Of a stretch of DNA of 64,000 nucleotides, positions 26,701-39,273 are shown piece after piece. Numbering within the stretch: position 1 is the stretch's first letter; every line of letters begins with the position of its first letter. The translations under genes were made by a program, and so were the position numbers. The stretch comes from Bugula neritina (Eukaryota > Animalia > Bryozoa), in NCBI GenBank assembly GCA_964035545.1, contig OZ037768.1, positions 12,122,741 through 12,186,740 of the forward strand, in the 5' to 3' direction. The notes beneath the pieces were generated by a model. That model had not been told where the DNA came from. It made no database searches and worked only from the letters and a program-made list of their open reading frames with translations.

Positions 26701-29700
26701 CCTCCATTAATTTTTGGCAATAGCATTTAGGTATTTTGTACTACTCAATATTAAAAGTATCACTCAAAGGCAATGTATGCTAATCAAATTGAAATAAGCA
26801 GAGCATTACCGTTTCTTCTGTGATGATCGTTCACTTCGATTCTTTCTTTCGTTTGTAAATTCTTCCAAAGGCTTTCGACGTCTGCTCCCAGTGTTACCAA
26901 TCTTCTGCTTACGTTCCAATTCACTGAGGATTTGCTGCTGAACTTGTTCCACATCCCACGGGTCCTCATATACAGCTAAATGGACAGCACTTTGAGTCAC
27001 AGACACAACTTCTATTAGAAGTAATTTACTATCAAAGCCAACATTATAGCCAACAAACAGACTTATGCAACATTCAGCTGTGAGGTTAGACAGCAGAGGG
27101 TGGAATTCATGGTACACCCCTGCGGTATAGTAAAATGGAGAAAAGCCTTACATTACACATCACTGATTCAGTACCATTGTACTAAATTCTAAAACAACTA
27201 ATCTACAAATTTTACGACTACAAGACTACAATTCGGTCATACAGTTTAGTACAAGCCAACTCCAATGTTTTGAGCAGACTTGCACTATACTGGTACTCTT
27301 ACAAACAACAAGGAGCTGGTAGGCTATACAAAATTTCTGGTTAGATAAGCAAATAGTATCAATTTTATTCAGGTATGACTCAATAACAGTGGATATCACA
27401 ATATGCCAAAACAGCAAAATATTTCTCTAGCAGACACCGTCTTTCGTCACGTGAAGAATCCTAAGGAGGAGTGGTTTAAATAAGCAACCACCTGTATCTA
27501 GTGACAATGAATAGCTGCATGGCACTACAAACTCTTCCACACATTAGGAATGGTGACCTCTTAATACAGAGTATAGTTCAGGGTTAGACTGCCGCACACA
27601 TTTCTAAACATCTACTATATATGCACACATAACAGTGCAATTCACCCACTGTTAATCTCATTGGTTCCATTCTCATCTCCTACTCTTGCTTACCTTCACC
27701 TTCACAGTGATTATCTGTTTTCTTTTTAGCGTCTGTGATATTCTCATACACCTGATCACCAGGGGGCGCTGTTAGGGAGAGTCTGGGCTGTGCACAGGGA
27801 ACTTTATTTTTATCATCAACATACCTATGAGAAGACAGACATCACTCAGTGTTACCCTTTACTAATATATTAGTATGATCTAAGTCATGGTCATGCACCA
27901 GTGATGCACAATACACAAAGGTTATTCATTGGGATTATCTAATCATGATGTATATTATTGTCTATTCAGCATCATAAGATAGGTGACTGCTGTGTCATGT
28001 ATTGGTGACCGTGTCGTACTGCTCAAACTTGTACGAAAATAGAAAACTGTGACCCTGGGTGTAGAGATAGCAAAGGAAAATCTGATTGCTCTCAGTTGGA
28101 CTCTGCAAGCTAGCAGTAATTAATTAAATTAGAATGCATGCTGTTAATTTAAATATAAAATTTTCACATTTTTAAAAAACTTTGTAGTTTTAGAAAATAA
28201 GTAATGCATACAATTTTAATGTACACGTTAAAGTTATATTCTCATGAAAATTAAAATTTGCTTCAAACTCAAGGTCATACAGAAAATTAAAAAGCTTTAC
28301 ATTGAAAGATAATTAACAAAATTAATGCATTTTTTCAGGAGAACCGAAAAAATATACATAAACCTATTAAAATTGTTGCAAACTAATCTTATATTACATT
28401 ATATTAAGTTACTACAATTACATTATGCTGTTGCAAGAATTGTGAGGGAATTACCATAACTTACTAAGTAACTTACTAAGTAACTTACTAAGTAACTTAC
28501 TGAGTAACTTACTGAGTAACTTACTAAGTAACTTACTAAGTAACTTACTGAGTAACTTATTAAGTAACTTACTAAGTAACTTACTGAGTAACTTACTGAG
28601 TAACTTACTAAGTAACTTACTGAGTAGCTTACTAAGTAACTTACTGAGTAACTTACTAAGTAACTTACTGAGTAACTTATTAAGTAACTTACCTTTGCAT
28701 GACTTTAATTTCAGAATCATTGCTTTTATCATAGATAAAGTTGGTTGCTGAGTTGGAGTCCTTACTATGAGCAGGTGGTCTTCCAACGCTGGTCTGAGAC
28801 ACAAACTGCTTGGGGTGGGGTATTTCAGGGGAGGAGGGAGACACAGCTGGTAGAGCTGGGGGTTTAGCTTCCCTACCAAAGACAAGTTGAACGCATCACA
28901 AGACGCCTCAGATGGAAGTGGAAGCCAAGTGTAACAAGCCCACACAAAACTAATACTGCAATTACTTTAATTACGTAGCTTTGGGTGTGAGGCGTTTGCC
29001 ACTATATAGATAATTATACCAAGTCCTGCTTGCAGTTTAGTAAAGCTAATGTTGACTGCAACAGGCCTGAACCTGCTCTGATTAATCAACTGTGAACATT
29101 TAGCTTATAGCCTGGGCTTGAGAAGTAAAGGTATAGCTTGTCAATAGACAGATTAATTAGTTATTAATCCGGTCAAAGATGAATGTACTCTAATATTTAG
29201 CTGGCTAGGAGTAGACTCAATAGTAAATTGCAATTAAATGGAATTAAGCAGTAAAATGAGGCTTACAAAGCAGCAAATCTTGGATGTCTATTTTAATAAA
29301 TAGCCAGTCATGATTACCTCCACTTCCCTTCCACAAGTACTGCAGACACACTGGGAGTTGTGGCACCACTGACCATGTGTTTACTAGAAGTTGTAGAGCT
29401 CTGTCTATGCAGACCAGACTGTTTTACTCTATGCATTGAGTTGCTTCCCCTTGTATTGTAGTCAACTTTCAGCCCTGTAGCTGGCTCAGTGTTAGTATAT
29501 GCCTGTGATCCTACTGTCTTAGACGCTATTAGGGAAGGGTTAGACTCTCCCCCTGGCTGGTGAACCAAATCTTTAGAAGAATTAGCGGCTGTAGAGGAAA
29601 GAGGCTGCTTCATCTTCTTCACCACAGCATTTATCTCAAGCTGCAAGTCCCACGGGGCTTCATATTCATTTCCAGCTAAATGCAACGATACAAGACTATA

Positions 29701-32700
29701 CAAGTGTGTGAAAATCAATAATTTGATTTCTTCAAGAAAAAGTAAATATGAACTAAAAAGCCAACACATGTGGAGTGAGGGCAACACAGAAATTTCTGAA
29801 AATAAATCTTGAAAAAATATTTTTTATCCATCAGTAATGAACTTTTCCTATAATATATTTGCCATGCTATTATAACTAAATGAAGATGGCTACTTGAAAG
29901 AGAGTTAGGTTATCAAAACAAGCAATAAGATAGACTGTTCAGCAGATAATATACTTAAAACTGTGCCAACAGTAATAAATTAAAAGCTGCTATACTGACT
30001 TTAGCATACAGGTTACTAGATGCTTGCTGCTTGCTGTATAATTAGCTTATTTTAAATGCTCAAACATTGATTTGCTACAAGCTGCTTGTGAATTGCTACT
30101 AATGCTCCTGTGCCGAAAGACAGTTGATTTCTGAATGTAATTTCTCCTTAATAGGCTGAAAGTAAAGCGAAATCAACAAGCTCTGAGACTGTACAAGTAC
30201 TACTAGTAGTAGATCAGTTTCAGTGTAAACACAGAAGTGTGTTACTGATACATAGATATTGCTACCAGCAACTTATCCTTCTCACCATGTATCTACTCTT
30301 CATTCGAGTACAAAGGCCAAATAACATAATATACACTCTTATAGAAGGCAACAATAACGGTCACTAGCATATCCATACACATAACATATGTACACATATC
30401 TTAATGTAATTAATTATGACAAATATAATAAATTTGTAACATTTTGGTAATGAATTTATGAGGTAATAGTTTAGAATTACACATGTTTTATTCAAGCTCC
30501 TAAGTCTAAATTAACCAGTCAGACTTTCATTTTGAATGTAGGTAATTCGCAACTTGATTGTAATTATAAACTTGAATTAATATTGATACTACACAGGACC
30601 GGTAAATAAAACTACTGACAACTCCATTAGTTTCCCCAATGTCACATTTAAAAATGAATATAGATTTTCAAAGTAATCAAAAACATAGCCTTTATTATAT
30701 TCAATAGTTGTGGATATTTGACTATATAATTCACAAATTAAGAATAGTCAATAATATCAGGATATCAACAATCACTTCAGTAGAAGATATACAAGTCACT
30801 AAGTTTTACTGTGCATTATAGTTTCCTGTGTGTAGTGGCTCATTCATGCTTACAAGCAATGCTAATATTTAAAAAACTGGGGTGAAAATGTGAAACTATC
30901 AAAATACCAACAGTAGCTTATCATTACAAAGCCAACTTTATAGAGTGCTACTTCATATTTGGCAAGAAAACATTCTAAAAATTTCAATTGACAAAATGGG
31001 AATATGGGAAATAATAAGCTTATTTAAAAACAGACATAATATTCCCTATTTCGAGAGCTTTCTACTAGACAGACCACAAGTTCTGATAGCCAGTGGCACT
31101 TATAATAATTTTAATTCAGAAACACTTTTATAGACGAGGAAAACTTGAAAGATCCATTATATTGTTTGTAACTGATATTCTTGAAAATTTAAGAAAGCAA
31201 GTCATAAATTTTCTGCCTCATAAAAGCATGCACTCAACATTCAGCAGTGTGATGGACAGCACTATTTCCTACCTACAGACACCTTATTTTATATTGACTG
31301 GTTATACAGCTCTAGAGCTGGTAAACACTCACCAGCAGGGTAATGTATGTTCCTGGGGTCTATATCCGGTGTGATAGTCTGAGCAGGGGGTAGGGGAGGG
31401 CGTGAGTCCACTGCCCAAACTTCAGAGTTGTTCATATAGACAGGGGTAGATACTTTAGAGTGTACTAAGGGGGTTACGGTGCTGAGAGAGCTGGCACCAG
31501 AGCTACTTTGTAACATGGCAGAGCCATCAATACTTGCTAAGCTATCCATGGTTGAAGAACTAGTAATGCAATCTATTTGAGAGGCAATGGCCATATCTGT
31601 TGGTGTGGTGGGTTCTTTAGCTAGTGTCGCAGGTAACTTGGAAGCCACCTGCGGTACATCTGGAGTGTTGAGGGAGTCTGGAGATTTGCTAGCATTTGAG
31701 AGAAGTGTAGAAACAGGAGACGTTTTAACTAAAAAAAAAAAATGTTTAAGCAGAAGAATTTAAAAAACAGCAGGAAAGGCACAGCTTTGTGAAAATCTCA
31801 AAATAAAATTGTGTTTTTGTCCACCATTTTACATAGAAATAAATTAAACTAACAATGGTAACAGTTATTTACCAGATATTGAAATTAAAGTTTAAACAGT
31901 ATTTTTTGCAAGTTAAAGTTACAGGAGAAATTTTTATGATAGACCAGTTAATTCAATGGTTTGTAGAATTATTTCCTGAACTGAAAAGAAAAATGTTGAG
32001 TATTCGATTTTGAAAACTTTGAAACATTTGTTACAACTGTAAAACATACAATTAATTTTGAATTGTAATAGATAACATGCAATACAATTTTATAAAAAAA
32101 ATGGATGTTTTTAAATTTTGTTTATCCAGCAATAAAAATTAAAAAAAAACTTAAAATTCCCGCTTTAAGAAATGATAAACTGAATATAAAATTAAATTAA
32201 TAGGCCAACACCTTGTAACTTATCCATTCAGTGTTAACAAAGTACGTTCAGAAACAGTTTAAATGTGTTTATACAAGTTAGTAGATTGACTATGAATACA
32301 CAAAGGCAGTTTAGTAGTTTAAAACTCAAAACATTACTAAATTTAACAAATCTCATAATAAATTAATCATACAATAACAAAATGCTTTGCTTTCCTTCAT
32401 TTACAGCAGCATACAAATCAGTACGAAATTGCAAAAATAAAAACTAACTAGCAAGTGTGCCCAAATAAAAGGCAGAAAAATAACTCTCAGCACCTACAAC
32501 CTTGAGTCAAATTAGAGCTCTCGCTTTCTCTTGGCTGTAAAAGGGAGCGAACAGAAGTTCCCCAATTTAACACAACCTCTCAGTCAAGCATTAATATCCA
32601 ATTTGAAAGTGAAATAGTAGACATGCTGCATGTTGAATGATACAAAAACAAGTGGTTGCTACAGCAGCTCTAACTAATATATAGTTTGTAGTCTAATCAA

Positions 32701-34588
32701 TACATCCAAACATAGTAATTCAATGTTTCCTCAATCAAATCTTGATAGCTTATAAATGAATAGAATGACAATAACAATAGGACTTCCTCTTTACTACAAG
32801 ATTAGTACAGCTACAGTAATACATAATAAAGTATCCAGAGAGAAGATTGCTAGTATATACAATCTAGTCATTTATTGCTTAGTAGGTCTAAAATCTAAAT
32901 CAACTATAAGACTAAACTGCACAAGCCATCATATAAAAAAGCAACATTTTGTAAACCTTGAGGCGTTATTAAGACAAAAAGTAACCACATAAAAAAGCTT
33001 TAGGTACTTAGTTACTGTGCTGACCTAGTAGAAAGGTTGGTTCACGCCACCCCGTGGTGAGATAGTAAACTGTAGTTTGGGTATTTGGCTATCCCACACA
33101 TTCACTATTATGATTGGCTGATCAGCTCACCACTAAGATTATTTAGGAGTAAAAGCATGTTGATACATGTAGAGCAAAACTTCCCCTTATTTCTATGGAA
33201 CACAAATTGATTGAAAAAAAACAGTTGTGTCAACAAACATCGAGTGTGCTGTCATCACTTGTCTGATTTTATAATGATCAGTATCTACATGAAAGAAGCG
33301 GAAAACTTTTTATGGAACTACCCAAGTGTAGACAACCTCAATGATATTAGCAATGTTAAGATTCCTTGTAGAGTCAATGCAAGATAACAGGACAATCAAA
33401 GTGTGGGGGGGGGGGAAACATGTCAACCCAAGTTATTGAAACGATAACCTTTTCTTTACTTGAATATACAGACAATACAGCAGCTGATCTAGTCTTAAAT
33501 CATATAAAATCAACCATCACTAGATAAGACTAGAATGAGGACAGCTTACCTTGAATAGAGGACTGCAGAGTATTGGCAGCAGAACTATTATTATTGTTGG
33601 TAGTAGTGATAGTAGTAGCAACGATAGTAGCAGTAGTAGTAGTAACGCTAGCAGCAGCACTGGAAGAGGAGCTGGCAAGTATAGAGCTAGACAAAGCTAT
33701 GTTACTAGACGCAGTGCTGCTGATTGAGATAGAGTCTAGTGATGTAGAGGTGAGACTGAGGGAGTCAGCAGGCTCTTGATATATGTTGTCTTCTGGCTGA
33801 CAGTCAGGTGGCAGCGAGTACTCGGCTGAGTCCCTGACTGCTACCTGCGGCAGCAAACAGGATGCAGCTGATTACCAACATTCCCTTCACAAACAACTAT
33901 ACTAACAGGTAGGAAGTAGACAACAGCATTAATTTACAACAACAAAAACATGAGGTAGGTACAATGATGAAGAAATTGAGAAAAGCCTGTGTTCTAGATT
34001 AGAAATGTAGCAAAAGAAGTTGTGTTCTCGCAAGAATTTCAACCACACCCCAAACCAATATTTATAAAGAAATTTAAGAAACTTAGGCTATCTCAATTTC
34101 TCCGCTACTGCTCTTCAATTAATAACATGCCAAAGTAGAAAACCTATGGGATTCAGTATACTCAATTATATTGAAGCTAAATTACTATAACATATCAATT
34201 CCATATCGTTAGTAAGTTTTTCTATTCTATAATATTGCTGAAGTATACATTTTCCAGCTATAATATTGTTGCAAAATCTTGACTTCCCTTTAGACATGAA
34301 ACTAACACAACTAATTGATTTTTCATTAATAACTGGTCCTGAAACCAACACTGTTACTGACAGAAACATCTCGACTGTTGAGTTACAAAAAAACAAAGCA
34401 TTTCCTTTCGTAGAAATTTGTAAATATCACTAGTTTTCATACAAGACACCCCTCTTATCAATTGTCATCTGAAACACTTTAATTACCTGTGCAGCCTCGT
34501 GTGTGGGTTCAGGAGGCTGAGTCTTCACTTCAAAAGATAACTTGTGTTTCTTACCAACACCTATCTTGTTTAAAAACTTTGATGCCAT
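23725..34588 (-). CDS. SHB/SHD/SHE/SHF-family SH2-domain adaptor protein
   Basis: Exons 34588-34487, 33844-33550, 31728-31333, 29675-29318, 28872-28693, 27824-27694, 26975-26810, 26426-26176, (25574-25566), 25193-~25125, 24541-~24457, 24353-24234, 23908-23725. Family-typical YxxP sites (EYSLPPD, IYQEPAD, EYEAPWD, VYEDPWD) and a C-terminal SH2 domain WYHGSIQR...FLIRES...LGQFSHPF...IKGAEH, which is Shb/Shf-like. Confidence 0.88.
28454..28692 (-). repeat. 12-bp minisatellite (GTAAGTTACTYA)x20 beginning at an authentic 5' splice site
   Basis: The first unit is the donor CAAAG|GTAAGT of exon 28872-28693. Units 2 and 12 are ATAAGT variants, giving a 120-bp higher-order period. Confidence 0.95.
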
Positions 34589-34849
34589 ATATTGTGGGTT
34601 GCAACACGCAGCATATTATCACAGCTGCACTCTGACTACAAACTTCAAAAACAGCATTGACACTTCACGCATTGTTGAGAAAGTCATATCAGTCGACAAT
34701 TGTTGGCTATGTGTTTACCACACAAATTTACCATTTATCTACATAAGATACGAAAACACTAAAAACCAAAATACACATAAATATGGTCTATAATAAATTT
34801 CAAATGTCTAAACAATATACAAGTCTTTGGGAAAATAAACATTAAATCA

Positions 34850-37250
34850 ATATATTAAAATGGGGCATTATTGAGTTTTATTATTACTTTTGACTAATAA
34901 TAAGACAATGAATATTTTCATTCGTTTTAATATTAATACTTTTTTATGATCCTTATTACTATTATGCTATGATTAGAGTATTAACAAACCACTTAATATA
35001 AAATGTGGCAAATAATGACCATGAATACTACGAATATGAACTGATACTTATACTTTCTTCTAATAATACAACTACAATACTTAGGCTATCACTGCAAACA
35101 GATCATTGTGGTTCTAGTTGGTAATTGACTTAAAGCTGATGACACTATTATTACCACCATCATTACGGTCCCATGATTATATCAATTATGGTTATTATCA
35201 CCAGCAACTACCTACAAGCTATTAGCAAATTAACACTTATATAAATTAAATAAACAATTATCAAGCTATTCAAAAATATTTCTGGAAGTCTCCTATTTCT
35301 TTTTTTAGCCCACAACCTAGAACATGAAATATATAGCTAGTTTCTAGAGTTTGAAGATTTTAAAAATACATAAAATATAGATCTAACTAATTAATTCAAA
35401 TATAATACCATAACTTAATGTGATTGTAGCAGCATAGCACTCCGCATTCACAGTAACAGTGTGACTCACACTAATACTGAGGCACTATCAGACATCAGTG
35501 ACACATACATTTATGTTGGCAGTGTGATTGTGACTGCTAGTGTCACAGTTTGAGGTTCATTTCAACAGTTTAGGGGCGCTTGTCACAGCTATATTAAATT
35601 TAATATTAATGATTTAATGATTTAATTTCAACCATACATGTACATTATCATAATTAATTTATGATTATCATTATCACTGTGACTATGCTTATGGGCATGA
35701 TTCAGTAAGAGTATCATAATAAGTATGGGTTACTATCATTTCGTACACAAGTCGTTGCATACACTGGTCGTTTCGTATACAAACTGCTGTTCATTTCATA
35801 CAAAAAATAAATAATAAATTAATCCACTGAATAACCACTTGAATGATACTAGTTTAGTTATTTATTGCATCCCAGCTCTCTGGCTCTCCCAGCATGTTTT
35901 TTAAACAAAAAAATTATTTATAAACTATCACTATGTGCTGCCATCTATTGACAGCAATATTCAAACCAAACGAGCAGTTTTCTCCTAACATCTACATATT
36001 ACAATAAAAAATTAAATAAGCATGCAGCGAAATGAAATGTGCAAGTCACTTGTGAGCAGTACTGTATGACTCATACATCAAATAATAAATAGATATAAAA
36101 ATATTTATTTTAGTTAATTTGCATTGACGAGTATGAAACGACCTATTAGATGTGTACGAAACAACCTGAAAAAGTGAGTACAAAACGAATTGTGTACAAA
36201 ATGACTTGCACCCATAAGTATAACCATCTGTCGCACTCACTATGTCCATGAGTATGACTATGAGATTCCGACTCACTCTGAGTCTAACTGACTTTCACTA
36301 ATACTTATAATTGTAGTTACACATTTAGACTTAGAGCATGAGTCTGAGAGTCACTGTCAGAATGCAGCAGCAATTTCACTTTCAGTATGACTTATAGTCA
36401 TGATTATTACCAAATGATATTATTATTAATAATATTAATAATATACTTATACTTATAGTTTATTTCATTATCAATAATTATATTAATATTATTATTATGA
36501 GTTCATACTCTATTAATAATGATATTGTCATTATGATCAACATTATGATTACTAAAATTAAATAAGATAAAGAACTATATTAATATTTAATTACGGTTAT
36601 CACTATCACTCTAAGTTTATCAGTATGAGTATCACTTAATCTTATCATAGTCAGAGTATCATTATGATTAGGTATTACCATAATGATAATCACGATGACA
36701 ATCACAGTGCCAATGAGTGTGACTAATCACTAATGACTAATGACTAAATAATATTCGGATTCATATTGATATTGATATTGAATTTGATATTCAATTCATA
36801 TTTAATTTGATTGCACATGAAATTGAATGCAAAACTATTAACCAAATGTTAATGTAAGACTGTGTAATCAGTATCATTATTATTCATCATGATCATTATA
36901 ATAATTATTATCATCTTTGGATAATCATTATTATTATCATTCATGATTATCAGTGAATTCACAAACTCAAACTGAAACAAATTGAAATTTATAAAAAACA
37001 AGACCTTACAGTTAGACTTAGCGTTAGTGTTACTGTTACTCAATGTTAGTAAGTGTAACACTTTGACTTACACTAACACTAACATTAACACTAAAAGTAA
37101 CACTAAGAGTAAGTGTAACTGTAACAGTAACTCTTACACTTACAGTTACTCTTACTCTTAGTGTTAGTGTTACTGTTAGACTGTAGCTTAAACTAAAAGT
37201 AAATAACTAACAAGTAATGAGTAATAAAATAAGCTTTAGGTAAAATAGAT
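34850..37250. repeat. Strand-symmetric hexamer-periodic low-complexity block (SH2-gene side of promoter 2)
   Basis: taacactaaaagtaacactaagagtaagtgtaactgtaacagtaac; tatgactatgagattccgactcactctgagtc; attgatattgatattgaatttgatattcaattc. Confidence 0.7.
35726..36214. mobile_element. Non-autonomous DNA transposon (MITE) with subterminal repeats and a 6-bp TSD
   Basis: Ends TGGGT...ACCCA. Inverted arrays of GTCGTTTCGTACAC-like units at both ends. Flanked by TAAGTA at 35720-35725 and 36215-36220. Confidence 0.75.
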
Positions 37251-37259
37251 AGACGCTAG

Positions 37260-37850
37260 AAATAATTATAGAATCCTATTCTCATTCTGGAACCCTATCA
37301 GTCACACTAGTAAAAGCAGTTCCGTGCTCAGCTGATGATTGATGATCACCACCATGATAGTTTTACCATTGAAATATAACTTTATATACAGTAGTTGACC
37401 AACAATTTTTTCAATCTCTATGCTTAGAGTTGTCCTTTCAGTTTCTGTATGTTTCATATATTTTATAATGTAGGTTCTAGCAGGACATTAGATAGCCCTA
37501 AGTCCCAACAATACTATCATATTTAATAAAAAAATAATAACGTTGCTTTTTGATAAGATTATTTTGAACTAATGTTTCTACACTCTAATGTTGGCTACCA
37601 CTATTTTGAAGGTAAAGCCATGGTGTTTGTGAGCGCTTATATGAAAGCATAATGATCCACTGAGCTGGAAAATATTGTTGAGTTCGATGTAATGACCCTT
37701 TTGGGTTAGACCGTAGTTATTGTTTTAAGGGAGATAACTCCATTTGTTAAATTCGCAATCTGGGCTAAGTCAAGTCATAGGTCAGGTTTAACTTTATTGC
37801 AACAAATATTAGTGCTACCACTAGACCTGCTCCTAGTCCTAGTATAAGTA
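37260..37850. promoter_or_regulatory. Inferred bidirectional promoter SH2 adaptor / type II receptor
   Basis: Complex-sequence island between divergent genes whose ATG exons start at acceptors (minus 34739, plus 39206). Flanked on both sides by the low-complexity blocks. The TSSs are not directly visible. Confidence 0.45.
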
Positions 37851-37889
37851 AACAATCAGAATATTTGGAGATAAACATTATTGATTACA

Positions 37890-38806
37890 GAGGTAAATGT
37901 ATTACTATTAGTATTTACATTAAAATACTTATAGAGTTACATTTATAGATTTATATACTATAGTTATAGTATAATTATAAGTATACCTTATCATTTATTT
38001 TTAATTTTACCATAATTTTCATTATCATTTATGTCTATGAAGTATCTGTATCACTATCACTATCAGTATGAGTATGACTATGACTCTATGAGTATGAGTA
38101 TCAGTATGAGTATGATTTAGTTTTCTCATTATAATATTGATTATGATGTGCTTATGATTAGTATTACTATTATCATTATAACTATCATTAAATAACAAAA
38201 TTAAATTAAAATACTTAAAATTAGAATAATCATAATGTTAATAACATTTGTAGTACTAGTAACACTAACAAGTAACATCAAAAAAGATAGTCTTAGTCTG
38301 TTACTGTTAGTGTTAGTTTTCTCATCGAGTACAAACTGAAACTCAAAGTGTTAACTTGTGTAATTTTAAATTTAAACTTAATGTAAATAAAGCATAAACT
38401 AAATCAAACTGCAAATATTAATGCTTATGCTAATACTAATACTATTAGTAATAGTATTACTATTAGTATTAGTAATACTAATACTAATAGTAATAGTTAT
38501 ACTTATAGTTATAGTCATACTTATTAGTTTTACTTATAGTTATAGAGTTGTGCTCATATACTTATACTTATAGTTATAGTATAACTTAGAGTTGTATACT
38601 AATACTTATAGTTGTGGTTATACTAATAGTAATACTATGCTACTAGTATTGCTTATGCTAATGCTAATACAGTAAATGTAATACTACTACTACTAGAGTA
38701 CTACCATTAGTGGAGTAGTAGTACTACTACTATCAGTGATAGTATCACTAACAGTAATACTAATACTGTAACTATAAGTGTAATCCTACCACTACTACTA
38801 GTAGTG

Positions 38807-38866
<60 letters not shown>

Positions 38867-39160
38867 TTACTACTACTTCTCCTACTACTACTAGTACTAC
38901 TACTACTAGTAGTAGTAGTACTACTGCTACCGCTACCACTATCACTACCATTGGTAGAGTAGTACCGCTACCACTAGTAGAGTAGTACTGCTACTAGTGC
39001 TACTAGTACTATTTTATACTATTAAACCTAGTAGTAGAACTAGTACTACCTGTAGTACCCAGACTGTACTAGTGCTAATACTATGTCTGGTGCCAGTGAT
39101 AGTAATAGCAATTGCAGTACTAGTACTACTAGTATAGTTATAAATTATAAATATAATGAG
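37890..39160. repeat. Strand-symmetric low-complexity block including a (TAC)n/(GTA)n microsatellite at ~38790-38935
   Basis: tatgagtatcagtatgagtatg; agtaatactaatactaatagtaatagttatacttatagt; pure (TAC)n at ~38808-38862 that flips to (TAG)n near 38906-38920. Confidence 0.8.
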
Positions 39161-39273
39161 TTAACAGTAATGGGTGTATTAAAGAAATTAGTATTTTGTG
39201 CTTTAGGTTCTGGAAAATAAGAAATAAAACATTCTGAAGTGTGAAGAGATGGATTAGTGGATATATCTGAAAC

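Noticed and set aside
28451-28945. 164-aa ORF ending in (SKLL)n, resembling repeated LxxLL boxes or an amphipathic peptide
   Set aside because: It is the alternative frame of a real SH2-gene exon running into the 12-bp intronic minisatellite, and it has no ATG start of its own upstream of the exon.
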